A stretch of 64,000 nt of DNA from Klebsormidium nitens. Its lineage: Eukaryota > Plantae > Klebsormidiophyceae. A model generated the notes under the pieces. It saw nothing but the letters and a program-made list of their open reading frames with translations, was not told the origin of the DNA and did not search any database. A program made the translations under genes and the position numbers. Positions 36,901-50,200 of this stretch are shown one piece after another; position 1 is the first letter of the stretch, and each line of letters starts with the position of its first letter. The DNA lies in NCBI GenBank assembly GCA_000708835.1, contig DF236974.1, forward strand, positions 236,626 to 300,625, given 5' to 3'.

Positions 36901-39900
36901 GTCATCCTTTGCCTGGCGCGCTGACAATTGCCCTAGAAGTCACGTACAAGTCAGCCAGCATCCGAGTCCTTTTCTCGTGGCGTTCTGCTCTCGACTTGCT
37001 CAAGCCCATGATCTTTCGTCAGGTGTCGGAGGGCATCGACTTTGCAGATGGGAATGCTCGAGCAGTGATTGTGGTTGGCATCCCGTTTCCATATGCGTGA
37101 GTTACTCTCATATCTTCTGTGGGGATCGCTGTCCAGGAATCCTCCTGATGTGATCACTATTCCCGCTGGAAGTCTGCTGGCAAACTTCTGCTCAAACCCA
37201 CGCTCCTGTGTTAATCTGATGCATTTGAGACAGCAAAAGTACAAGTCTTAGCTTATTCGTTTGACAACGACGGGTCAGAGAAAGGAGTTGAAATGCTGTT
37301 TCTATTGGGCTAATTCTGTGAGAGTTGCGTGCAGGATGGATCTGCAAGTCGTCTTCAAGAAGCAGTTCAACACAGTGAATCAAAAGAGTAGGGACCTCCA
37401 GAACGGGGACCAGTGGTACTGTCAGCAGGCCTTCCGAGCGCTCAATCAGGCCATAGGTAAGCCCGCTCTCAAGCTGCTGCATAATGGTGGTGTAAAACGT
37501 CCTTCCTTGTCTGGCCTGCGGGACTCACAGGCGTACGCTGTTGTTCCAGACGTATCACAAACGGGCAGACGCTCTTGTCTGGCATGCCAGTGCATTTGGA
37601 TGCCTCTGAATCGCTCAAGAAGCGAAGTAAGTTTTTAGTTCAATCATCTTTTAATTTGCAGGGCGCTGCATCAGACACCGCTACGACTTCGGCGCCGTCC
37701 TCCTCTTCGGTAAGCATTTTACACCAGCAGACAGAGTAGGCTCGTTTCAACTCACAACGCGTCCGAAAACAGTTTGAAACAGGATCCGTCTCGGTTCTAT
37801 CGTCGACTTACACACTCTAGTCGACAATTCTTTCACTTGTAATGGCTATTCTTGGCGCTCTTACTATTCTCGGATGACGGCCGAAATGCTGACGTGGCTG
37901 TTGTGGATGTTTTTTACTTCAGACGAGCGCTTCTACCGTGCCAGTAACACGCAGTCCCTCTCCAAGTGGTTGCGTGGCTCCATCACCAAGTACAACAACT
38001 TTGGCGAGAGCATGGACTCCCTGCGCAGCTTCTTCCGGCGGTTGGAGGTCAGTCGGCGCTGCTGGAAAAACCTTGGCTTTCGAGTTGCTTCTGCATGTTT
38101 TCGTCGTCGTCCAACTACTGCAACCTGCTGTGGCCTTCTATGCAAGTTCGTCTGATCCCTGTTCAATGACATCCTCAATTCAGACCAGCTTATCATTTGC
38201 TTTTCCACCGCCGAAATGAGTCCCCGCTATGTTCCTGGGTACGTTCCTGTGCATCCCCTCTTTCTGCTCACCGTTTCCCTAAAAGGCGTCCGTTACTTTC
38301 GCAGCTGGACCCTCCAAAACGAGCCCCGTCGCCTCCCGCCCCCGCGCCCTTCGCCGTCGAGCCCCCGCAGGGCTCCGGCAAGTTCCACCCCATGTTCAAC
38401 AAAGCCCTGGAGTCTTCCACCGGGCGCCCCCTTTCCGCCAAGCCCGCCCGCTCCGGTCCCGGAACGTCAGCCCCCGAGAACGACTCTCTAGACACTGTCG
38501 AGACGTTTGCAGAGCAGCTGTTGGGCTGTCGGGCGGGCCCGTCGGGGGCTGCTGAAGCGTTCGCGGAACGGCTGTCGGGTTTCAAGGCGGGGGTTCCGGT
38601 TCCGGACGCTGCCGGACCGGAGGGGGGCTACGTCCGGCGGTACGAGGCGACGCAGCCGACGCGGTCGGAGAGGCGGCAGGCGAAGACGAGCCCGTTCTGG
38701 AACGACGAGGGGTTCGTGGAACCCGCGGCCCCGGCTCCCAGCAGTTCCGCCGGAAAGCAAGCGGAGACGCAGGGTCACGGACCGGTGGACTCGCTAGACC
38801 TGGAGACTTTGGACGCTTTGGTCGCCGAGTGTCGGGAGGAAGAGAGTCTGAAGGCAACGGAAGCAGGCATTAGTGATCGGGGCAGGCAGACCGGGAAACA
38901 GTCTGAACCTGCAGTCCCAGAAGTAGAACGGAACCAGGGCGAGCGTGAGTCTTTTGGGCCAGCCGGTTGCAGGGGCCCGACGGCACCCCAGGCCCTGCAA
39001 AGCGGTATGCGTTGTGGAAACACCGGAGCGACGTGCTCGGGGCAGCCGCCGGGGGATCCCCTTGAGGGGAGCGCTTTTTTTGGGGGGGCTGGGATAGCGG
39101 ATGCGGACACCCTGGGGACAAGCATCTCCTGTGCTCGGTGCGGCTCTGAGGTCGCTGCTGTCTATTCCCCGGAGGTCACGAAGACGGTGCTGCAGAAGAG
39201 CTTTCTCCAGGGCCTCTTGGAACGAAGCCGGTCAGAGATGGGCCTTCCGCTTGGGGATGCCGCTGCCCTGTCAGACGGAAGGGGACTTGGCGGGGGCCTG
39301 TATCCGGTCGAAGTTCTGGTCGTGAACGCCAGCGAGCTTGGTTTGCAAGGGCGACAGGGAACGGGATCTGCGCGAGTGGAGCAGCAGTCGGGGGGGAAGG
39401 GCGGGGGCATCTGGGTTGAGAAGGACGGATGCGTGTTTGAGCCGGTACATTGCCCCGGGTGCGGCCCTGGGGGAATGAGCGTTGGGGCCAAGGTGCTGGC
39501 CGCAGACAAGGCCAACTCCTACTTCAACGGGCAGGTAAGCGTGCTGAGTCTCTGCAATTTTATGTCTGCATCTGACAGCCCATCGTTGGAAGATAGATCT
39601 TGCAACCTGTTCAGGAGAGCACTTGCAGAAAGAGGCTGTATACTTGCCGCCTAGCATATCTGCCTCTTTTGGTGCCGCTCCTTCTGCTTGCTTATAGCGC
39701 GGAAAACGAGGCTATTACACTTTCGGCGATTCGTGCAGATGGCTTACTGGACCAGACCAAAACAAATTGGCTTTCAACTCAAGCTTTTGAACTCTGCAGG
39801 TGTTCCTATTTCCCGAAGTGATTCTACAACGACCTGCTAGGCCGCCCGGGAGGCACTCAGACCCTCTCCCCGGACCCCGGCCTGCCCTCCCCCGGCAATC

Positions 39901-41643
39901 TTTCCCGGTACTACCTTCCCCGAGCGAGCACCTCCAGCCAAGCCCCTTTCGGCTGGACACGCAGCCTCCCTTGTCAGCGGGTCCATTTAAACCGGTCGGA
40001 AACTTCTCCCCCCGACTGGACTCGGTCCCGCCGTTTTTCCCATCTGTCGCTCAGGACCTTCCACCCCACCCCGAGTCGCACCCGCAGATCGGTCGGGACT
40101 TTGCCACCGGCGTCTGCACTGCACCGATGCGTGGCGCTATCGCTGACTCGCTTCAGAACACGAAAGCCCCGGTTGGAAGCCCCTCCGAAGCGCTGTACAT
40201 TCCGGCGGCACATCTGCTCCCACCGGAATCGTTGCGAGCGGGCTTCGTCCCGGCGACGAGTAAGGCGCCTGCTGCCCAGACCGGAGAGGCGCCCTCCGGA
40301 ACGGTCGATCCGCAGCGGAATGGACAGCCCACCCCTCGGGCCCCAAAGCCGCTGTACGTGGCTCGAGCGGGCGCCAGGCGGGCGAGCTTACAGGCCGGCA
40401 TTTCTGGCCGAGGGGCAACAATCCTGTCTGCATCCGAAGCGAACGTTTTGAACTCCGGAGGCGGGGGCGCGCCCGCGGTTCCGGAAGAGGGGGGATGGCA
40501 GACTGCGGCGAGGGAGTTCAGAGGGTCTGCCGAGACTGCGAACGTAATGGTGAGGCTTCCGATCTGGAGCACTGGCGAAGAGTGTGTTTCTCCGTTGGTT
40601 GAATTGCTGAAAAGGGCAATGTCAAGCCCCCGGATTAGGCAGCTTTTGGGGTGCTTCTTTTCTTGCAAATGGATGCCGTTTGACCATTGCCTGCTTATGA
40701 TGCTGATGCGGATAGGCTATCCTCAGGTTCGACCCTGTAGCTGATCAACGAGGTTGAAGCGTGCTTTCATGGCCTTTGCATCAGGACGGTAGGGAGTCGA
40801 ACGCCGCGGCAGCGCCTTCAATTCCGGGAGCGACTGACGAACGCTCAAGAGAAGAAGGAGCGGCCTTGCCGGACAGCCGCAAGCGGTCAGCTGGAAGGAA
40901 ACGGAAAAGTGCAACCAGAAAGGTAAGCACCAATCAGCTCCGATGTGCACGCGTTGCATTTCCTTCGAACCAACGGGTAAACGAATCGAGTTACTTTTTT
41001 GCGGCATCCAGGCTGGACATGCGTGCGGAAGGCTTCCTGCTGCTCTTGAGGCAATGTGGTTCCGAAGCGAGTTATAGCGTCGAGGGTGTGTTGTAATGCT
41101 GGAGACAAGCATACACCGTAGCACATTTGGCGACTTAGATTAAGGAACTTGGTCGCCAGACGTCACCGGTCCAAGAACGCCCCTTATTCCTGCATGACTT
41201 TCTCTTAAGAGCTCAGAACCATCAGCTTTCCCGTCCAGGTAAGCTGGAGAAACGATCTCGGGTTTGCGAACTGCAGAGAAGTGGATGGAAAAGTGCTTGC
41301 TTGACTCCCTGACTGTTTTGGATGATTGCCAGTCCGCATTAACGGCATAGAGTGTTACATGCAGGACGAGCATAAGCGGCCGCGAGAAGTGATCTTGGAG
41401 ACGGATAGCGACGAAGATGCTGTGGAAAAAGGCGTCCGAAGCAGTCGAAGAGTGGTGAGAACTTTCGCACGGCTTGTCATTGCAGAACCGCTTTTTGCGT
41501 GTTGGAGCGGACTACTCCGCCGTTTCGCTTGGGTTCGAGGCGTACTTCGTCAGCCTACTTCGAAATTGTACACAAACCTATCAATTTCCTTATGCTTGCC
41601 ACTAGTGTCACGTTTAAAACCTGTTGCTTCTTTCTGCTCTTGA
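30973..41643 (+). CDS. FANCJ: Fanconi anemia group J-like (BRIP1) Fe-S DEAH helicase; multi-exon, 3' end uncertain
   Basis: [43 protein letters not shown] (Q motif and motif I); IYYA(T); ASIVFCPYNYIIDP; IILDEA; WCLNPAVAF..RSIVLTSGTLSPMDSF; DGLLIFFPSY; GAIFLAVCRGKVSEGIDF..RAVIVVGIPFP; QAFRALNQAIGRCIRH. The N-terminus resembles FANCJ more than RTEL1. Confidence 0.9.
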
Positions 41644-42922
41644 GTTCTCCTCCCTGATCAGCGAAACGACTCGCTCATCGATTGCCTGGCTTTCCGGTTG
41701 CAGAGCTAGGCCCACCTGGAATGATGATCGGTCCAGAGCTCTTAATATGCTTCCAGGGTGAGCTCGGTACCGTCAAACACAGTTGGACAGGATGCAAAGG
41801 AGTTATAGTACGCGACGGAGGTGGTTGGACTGTGAAGTCGCGAAAACGTCGAGACCTGAATCCTTGCAAAGATTCCATTCTGCTCACGACTGGCCACTGC
41901 TAGATTACGATCCCACAATTTTAGGCCTTTGTTTACTTACATGCAAAATTCTACGGATATTTAGACAGATCAAAGACAAATTGGACTTCCGGCTCGATGA
42001 CACACTAATGCATCCTTCTCTCGTGCGCTTAAAAACCGTCACGCTTACTCTCATTCGGAAGTGTGCAATCATCACGAGCATTGGGGTAGTGATTGCATGT
42101 CGTTATGCTACCTTGACCTCCTAAAACGCTTATAAGATGTCTACCTGCGACCTCGCTCAGCCTGCAAAGGGATATGCCCATGGTCTCTGGCAATGTTGAA
42201 CACATTAACGCGATCATTCGTTTGAATATACATGTTACTCCTTACATTGAACGTGTGAGAATCTCCCGCGCGGCCTCTGGGCGCCTAGCATGCAAATCGA
42301 CGATCATTAGACTATACAAACTTATAATCCGTTCCCTGGAACTGTTATATATACCGTCGCGTCAAACCCGTGAGTGACCGCATGCATGCAGTGCAATAGT
42401 TGATTTCATTCAATCTGTTGCAAGCATGCGTCATGATGAATTTTGATATCGAGCCTGGCCAGTCATGTTGAGGATTTAGCCAACTCATGATCGACGGTTT
42501 GGTTTGGGTCATCCCGATACATAGTGATTTAGTAGCAGGCCGCGCCACTCCGGCACGGATGAGCCACGCAAACGGACGCTCTATACTCTAAACGTGTTTA
42601 CGTGCGAACCTAGGAGACCACATGACGAGAAATAGCAAGCAAAATTTCAATTGGTCGGCCATATGCTGCCTGGCCGTAGACACACATGCATGTCGAAGAA
42701 GAACAGAACGTACCTCTGTGCGGATTTACATGCGTGCCAGCATTTTGCATGGACGATTCGCGCGCGCTTATGGTAGCAATCTACGAGTTTCAACCTTCAA
42801 TTGAGTATGCAGCACGAGCCTGATCTGTTTGCTAGTGGGCTAGGTCCCGAAGATACAGAACAGAAAATTACCTTGTTTTCAAGTACCTCGAGCAGCAAAA
42901 AGAAACAGCAAGCTTTGTTTAT

Positions 42923-44385
42923 TCAACGGAACTTGGCACGTGCACTAACTAATCCCCTCAGTTCTGATGAAAAGGTTGTAATGCTACTGCTTTCGTCGTC
43001 GGTCACGTTAAATGGCGCTTGATCGTTGTGCCTTCCCCACCTATCGAACAGCTCGTTCGGATCTCCCTGCACCGGTTCGCGTCTGTAGTGATTGATGATG
43101 GCCCAGTCGATGGGCAGCGTGATGCTATTCTCAGCCGTCTTGCTTTGCCCATTCTCAAAGAACTCCAACTCGTGCGCGGTGACCTCCCGGGCCACTTCCG
43201 TCCTCACGATGGGCTTTCCTTGGTTCTCGTCGAAAATCGCGCTACGGTTCAAGTGCTTTTGGATGACTAGATCCGACCCCGATCCCTCAAAGTCCTTAGA
43301 CACCGGGAATCTGTGCCTCATGATCCTGACCGCACCCACTTCTTCCGGGAGGCCGTCCAAGAGCGCCGCCACGTTTCCCAACTGCGCCCCTCTCCGAACG
43401 AAAATATACTCGTCCACGTCATGGAAGGACAGCCACGTGGCCACCCCTCTATTCCTGGTTATGCAGTGCGAACGCAGCGGCTGCTCGTCGTAGTACCGTT
43501 TGCTCTCCAGGAACTTCTCCCTCGTCCCAAACGTCTCCCACCGCCGCACCTCGACGGTTCCTTCGTCGACGTAGTCTCGCAGGACGTCGAGCAATTGCTC
43601 CGTATCGTCGACGCTGTAGAGAAAGAATTTTTCGAAACCGGCGATGTGGATATGGAACTCGAGCCACTGGACCCACTGCGCCCGGCTCTGTTTGCCGTAT
43701 AGCGGACCCATACAAGCCGCCACTTTGTAGGGCCCATCCCGAACCACGGGCCCCACTGTAATATCTATTCTGGCTGGCGGCGCAGCGGGAGAGCTACCGG
43801 CGTAACCGAAGCTAAGACTCAGCTTCGTCATGCGCCGGGAAAGAGTCGGAACTAGACTCGAGGGCACGTCGCAAAGGAAGTCCGTTTGGTACGACACCGG
43901 ATCGGCCCAGTCGAGCGTGTGCCTCCAGGAGCGCTGGTCCACCAAAGCGGGGCCTTCCCAAGTCCTCAACCTAGTTGCTTCGGCACTCCCTAAAATCTTC
44001 TCGAGAAGAGTCTGCTTCCCGTCAGCGCTCTGCAGCGCTGCCTTGCGATTCCCCAGAGACGGACGGTTTGCGCGGACGCCGCCGGAGCGGTGAATGCTTT
44101 CGGACGTACGGACCCACTTCGGGATTTTGTCCGGAGGCCGACCGGCCACCTCTCCGCTGCACGTGACCGTCAGATTGCGGGCCATCGGACTGGACGTGCC
44201 AATTATGTTGGAGTGCATGAGGAACTCAACCCGGTCTCTTACGAACCCCTGAACCCGGAAAACCCAAGTTTCCGGGTTTGCAGTGCTCCGGACTAACCCA
44301 ACCCCGAAAACGAAGATGGTGAGCTCTTGCGCGGGGATGCTTGTTCGAAGCGCGTTTGGACCGAGGGGATCCAAGAGCTCCAGGA
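42923..44385 (-). CDS. Glycosyltransferase family 92-like (DUF23, GT-A fold) protein; long terminal exon, upstream exon(s) unresolved
   Basis: 483-codon ORF with YKVAACMGPLYG..WVQWLEFHIHIAGFEKFFLYSVD..LRDYVDEG..HCITRNRGVATWLSFHDVDEYIF (DxD) ..GKPIV..HEL..INHYR. Acceptor cttgcag| before 44385. Candidate signal-anchor exon at 45586-45399 (WLLMAAVCSLALW) ends in gtaagc. Confidence 0.8.
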
Positions 44386-45969
44386 CTGCAAGACTGGTAC
44401 TAGTGGTTGGGGTGAAAGCACGGTCTGAGTTGTGGTGGCATAAGCGGCTGAGTCGGTCTTCTTCGGCTCATATGTCGGAGTGAGTGCCTGCAGGATGAGC
44501 GGAGACGTCAGTGAGGTTTGGCATAATGTAGGGAGTTCTAGCGCTTAGCGTCAATCAATGAAGGAGCAGCGAATACGATTGAAAGAAAGAAGTTTACGAA
44601 CCCCGGTAGCATACCTTCGACTTCAAGCTGTGATTTTTTTGATAGAATATAGGAGCACCTGACATAAAGTTCACCGGTTCTTCTGAAGCAAATCTTTTCC
44701 CCGTTGTTGCATGACGATGCACAGACACGGCAGCATGAGACGCATTCGTAATCCTTGTGCAATCATTAGAGCAGCGTAAATACCCGCCTGCCCTCTTGGC
44801 AGACTACTCAACCAGTAACCTTCCTTGCCGATATGGAGGAGCTGGTTATGCACGTAGCATTGCTAAAGTCCTCCGCATTCAGAGGTCAGGTCTTGCAGCT
44901 CTAGTTGCACAGCTTGCAGCTCCCAAGTGCAGGATCTTGGGATCTCTACTTTCTTCTACAGTCAAGCAGAGGCGAATGCAGTGTGTGGAAATGATCAGCT
45001 GAACGTTAACATTTCGAAGTCCTGGATGACAAAAGAAGATGGCCTTACAATTGAATGCGATCTCAGGAGAATGATCTGCTAACATGCTGAATCAGAAAGT
45101 TCTCTTGGTGTGCAGTATGCAAAACAGTAATAAAGGCGCCGTTTTGTGACGCGCACGCAGTCACCTTTAAAAATGGATTCGATGTTGAAGATCTACTACT
45201 AATCTGCTCAATCTTGGAACGCTTTCACTTCTTTTGAGCTCAAAGAAAATGGCTTATTTATCAAATGATTTTCAGAATTATATCAAAATGGAGCAGCACC
45301 GTCGTTACTCAAAGAGAAATAAGCCGTTGGATTCAAAAAATAGGAGACAACTAGGACAAAGACTGATGGAAGCATGTTGGTGGATTACTCTGTCGCTTAC
45401 ATGAGGCTGCTTTCCCGTCTTCAGATGCAGGCCATGCACCCCGTGGCAGCTTGTCCAGAGGGCCAAGGAGCAGACTGCCGCCATAAGGAGCCACTTGGCG
45501 CACAGGGATTGGCCGGCCAGCAGCTGAAGAACGCGTCCATACGCAACCTCGCGTGTGCAGGAGGGCACGTTGCGTTCTTGTGTCATTGTAAGAGTTCCGT
45601 TTGAGCTTAGCAGAGCAGCCTAGCTGGCGCTTTCAGCGAAGTTTCTGCTGAGAACACCAGACAACTAAGCTGGTTATCCGACTTGGTCATTCCGGGATAA
45701 AGTGATGGCATACCAAATCCGTTTAGCTGATGAGCTGCTCTTTCTTTGCTGTATAATACGCAGCTTCCTTTGAATGGAGAGATCTCGTGTTATCAGGACG
45801 GACAGCCGGTATGGCCATTGCCATTTTGGGCAAAGCGTTTTTTGCAAACACTGGAAATATTTCAGCCTTGCGTAGAAGTCATGATGCAGCATCCAGTGCT
45901 CAACTACCTATAAGTGACGGCTTACTTACGTATCTTGGAGGGCTCGGACCATTGGTTAATTGTAGCACC

Positions 45970-46622
45970 GTACACTTGGAACCGCGTACTTCCATACCAG
46001 CTACTCTAGGCGGTGCCGGGTGCAGTGTGCACTGTGCAGTACCCCCGGGAACCGGGATTGCAAAAGCAGTCGGGCGGTCTCGTCAACAGGCTGGGAGATT
46101 TGGAAACAGCGCAGGCAACCGGGCACTGTGAAGCTCATGGCGGAAAAGTCAGAGCGTACTGGGCAACCCGCAAACGGTTTAGCAACTTTCAGGCGGCAAC
46201 AGTACGGTACTGGATGATCCCGGTACGATAATCGGGCAAAGCACGTTCGCCGGGCCGCGGGGCCGGCGGGAGCAGTGGTTGTTTCCGAAGATGCGTATCT
46301 GACGTCTCTGACGTCACTACAGGACTGATCGGATTCTGAGCTTGACGTCACAGGAGTGACCGCGGGCGGCGTACCGTACGGTGAAAGGTCGTAACGAAGG
46401 GTACCCTCGTAGGCCAGGGAACCTCCAGGAATCCAGGGCCTAGTAGGTAGGCTCTAGCTGTACGGTTTCATATTAAAGTGACATACCGTACCTAGTGTAC
46501 GCAGTGGACAGTGTACTGATTTAGGCAACTCCGGCTCTAGTGCAAAGGCCCAAGTAGGTACACAGAAACCTGCCAAGTACACAGTAAACCCGGTGCCATG
46601 CACTGAAGCCACTGATAAGTAC
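45970..46622. promoter_or_regulatory. GTAC/CCGTAC motif cluster plus TGACGTC(A) repeats in the divergent GT92-WecE intergenic region
   Basis: GTAC at 45970, 45986, 46039, 46156, 46202, 46207, 46223, 46371, 46376, 46401, 46460, 46488, 46497, 46513, 46558, 46577 and 46619. TGACGTC at about 46300, 46309 and 46343. Confidence 0.55.
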
Positions 46623-47272
46623 CGTAAACGTTGTTTGATTGGCCTGGTGTCACACTGAGGGCCACGTCAGGTGGCCGATGCATCTGATATCCAATCATCC
46701 ACCAGAGTTGCATATGGCGATCGGAATCGGGATCGGCATTCAGGACAAACAGGCGAGACGGTATCCTCTCCGAAGACGTCGAAAAAAGACGAGGCTGGGC
46801 CACATGAGAGCCCCCTTTTCGGAGACCGTCTCAGACCCTTGATCAGCCTGCACCCGGATTTTGTGCAGTCTATCTTGCGGGTACTATTCGTGCGGCTGCG
46901 TGAGGCTGCACAATCAGTACGCTGACAAACCCTTTTCTTCTAAAGATTTGTGGGACGTCATGATATTAGAGCGCAACATGACCACGTTTGCTGATAGTTG
47001 TCTGACGTGCAGGCCGACAAGTCCCTGCTACACCTCTTGCAAGACGCAAACTTCATGCCCGAAAATTCCACGTCCTTTATGCCAGTGACCTTAAAGTCAA
47101 ACGAGGCTTGCAACCATGACGAAGGCGAACAGCTTGCAGCTGTTTGCAAGACGCAAAGAAGGGAGCGAAAGTGATCCAATTGCTCAGGGCCTTGAAGGGT
47201 GAGCAATTGCATGAAAGACTGCTGTTTGACTTCAGGCAGTGACGCAACGCCCTGCAAGTATTGCTGGCAAGG

Positions 47273-50200
47273 ATGGCTGAGCCTCGGGAGTTGCGCGCGC
47301 TCCACTTCAAAGGGGCCATCGTGAGTCCTTGTGACGAGTCTCCCACCCTGAGTCCAAGCCCACACTCCTCCTCCATGTCTTCTCTTGACTGTTCGATTGA
47401 AGAGCAGGATCTGGATGATACTTTCGAAGCACTTCAGCAGCATGACCGCACCTTTGGCTCCAGAGACACAGCTGGGAGCTCGTTGGATGGCAAAGGCTGG
47501 CCTCTTCTGAGGAGCTTGGTGTTCAGTCCCGCAACTGGACTCAGGTCTGAGTCCAGCTCGATAGACCTAGAGCCTGCAATTTGTCCTGGGGTTTTTGTTG
47601 GGCCAGCTGAAGTTTCAGGCAGTGGCTTAGTGATCGGCAGCAAGGACCGGGGCTTCTCAGGCAATTGTGAACCGGCGGTGGTTCCATTCCACCAAGTCTA
47701 CTGGACAGGAAAGGAGCAGGCTTACATGATGCAGGCCATGACGTCAGGGAAGATCTCAGGTGCGTGCACGTTGACTATATGTCTTCACCATCTCAGCCTG
47801 AGCGCCTGGTGGATCCTTGCCAACACGGCTGTACCCCTGTTCAAGCATGAGACTCTGACAATAAGAGTTCAGAAGGATGAAAGCTTTTGTGTGGTGCAGC
47901 CAGTTGAGAATCTCAGCAAGTAACGAGATCGGGATTATCTGCCTAGGAAAACCTCGTGCCCTTGATGTGAAGTTGGTTGAGTTCAGTCACAGGGAACCAA
48001 TGGCAAAGACACATCTGTTCTGCAAGGTCCCTAAACGTGAGCAAAGTTCTGAACAAGTGAACAGGGAATCGAGAAACCACAGGAACTTATGTATCTGCTT
48101 GGGGACTCTTACCTTTTAAGGTTGTCTCTTGATCGCAGTAGCTGGTGCAATCGAGACTCATCAAGACCCTGCCTCGAAATGAGTATCAACTTCTGTTTGC
48201 ATGTAACAGGACTCGGGCCATTTACTGGAAAGTGTGAGTCGCACTTGGAGCAAGTGCTTGGAGTCCCCAGAGCCCTGTTGACCACATCATGCACGCACGC
48301 GCTGGAGCTGATGGCTTTGCTGCTCAACGTTGGCCCAGGTACGTCAGAATCTTTGCTATGACGGCTTTTAGTATCTCCGTAGCTGGAGCTTCTTTCCTTT
48401 TTCTGAATACACTGTCCAACCGCATTCTCAGTGCCTTTCCCGTTTGTCCCTGCCCCAATCAAAGTGCTCGCGTATTCGTCACCTCCTAAGTGTCGCCTTC
48501 TGCGTTCTTCAGCATTACACATCTCACTTTAGTATTTTTCGTTCTGTGGCTCAGGGCTGACATACTTTTCCGCCTTTCAATATCTCCTTTCCTTCATTCT
48601 TCAAAGTATTAGCTCATCCCCTCCTAGTTACTTTTCCTCTTTTGAGCTGCCAAATTCAAGACATTTCCCAATGTCAGTCGAACTTTAGGCTTGCCTGTAT
48701 CTGAAAGCCTTTCTTAGACATGTCTTGCATTTGTCTTTTCGGACATCTTTTTATCCCAAACAGAGCGCTCTTCACCCACACAAGCCTTCTCTTCTTCGCC
48801 TAGCTGGCAACTTCCCTCTTCGCCCTTTAAAGAACGTAGATTCATGGGCCGCTCCTCTTATTGAATCTTCAAGCAGACCTGCCCTTGTTTTAGAGCATCA
48901 AGTACTCCCTCAACCTGTTACAGGGACACCGCAGGAAAATCCTTCTTAACCTTTCTTGCAGAAGCCTTTTGTCGTGTGGTCCTTAGCAAAATACCATTGT
49001 CTTCCACTGCATATCGTGTGCACTGATTGGAGCACGTTTTTGACGTGTAAGTTGCTGATCAAGTAGCTTCCCGACATTGTGAAGCTCAAACCATCGTCTC
49101 TCCAGGTGATGAGGTCATCATCCCGTCTTTTACATTCTGCTCCACCGCCAGTGCCTTCTCTCGTCACGGCGCGTGCATAGTATTTGTCGACTCACGAACA
49201 GATACTTTCAACATCGATGAGCGGCTCATCGAGCAGGTATGCGACTCATTGAACATCCATGCTGATTGTTCTTTAAGGTTCACCCCTCTCATTCTGGTCT
49301 CAGATGATGGGGAGAGGGGAATGACATATGGATGATGGCAGGATTTATCTCTTTTCCCGATAAGAGGCTGGAGGCCAAGAAAGAGAACCTAAGCTGATCT
49401 TGTCCAAAAGCTCGAACTGAGCCCCACACTCGTACACTTCAGGTCGAATGACCTGAAAAGCATTTTCCGGCGTTGATTGCCTGCAAGAATCGCTGACAAG
49501 GGGAATTGAAAGAGGTGGCAGCTCATGTGAGTCCTCTCCTTCTGCTTGCAGGCAATCACCCCTCGCACCAAAGCCATTGTGGTGATGCACTATGCCGGCG
49601 TCGCTTGCGACATGGACGAGATTTGGCGGGTCGCCTCCAAGTACGGGGTTCACGTGCTCGAGGACGCAGCTCATGCGTTCCTTGGAAGGTACGACATGCT
49701 GTCGTTGAAATTCAAATGTTGAGATAATCCACAACCAGACTCTTTCAGACCGTGCCTTTGGGGAACCTCAGATCTGGACCCTGAGTACGATTGCATTCAA
49801 TTGGACACTTTTGACACGGAGTCAAAGTGATTCGTCAAGAGTCACTGGCTGCATTTGAAAACATCTGCAGAAAGTCCTCACCAGATCCACACCGGAATGA
49901 CTCGGCTCTTACGATTTTTCGACCAAAGGAAATTTAACAAAAGTGGGGCTCGTTCTTTCATGTCCTTTGGCTGGCCGTCAAATGAACGAGAGCTCGTCAT
50001 GCCAGGGTTGAATTGAGGCAGACAGCATGTTTCATTGTAAGGTACTAAAGTGTATTGTGCACCACTTTAATATCCCGCAGTTACAAGGGCAGGCCGCTTG
50101 GGAGTCTGGGCACCTTTGGGGCGCTGAGTTTTCATGAGACGAAGAACATCACATGCGGCGAGGGCGGTGCGCTCTTGATCAACGACGCGCGGTTCGTCGA

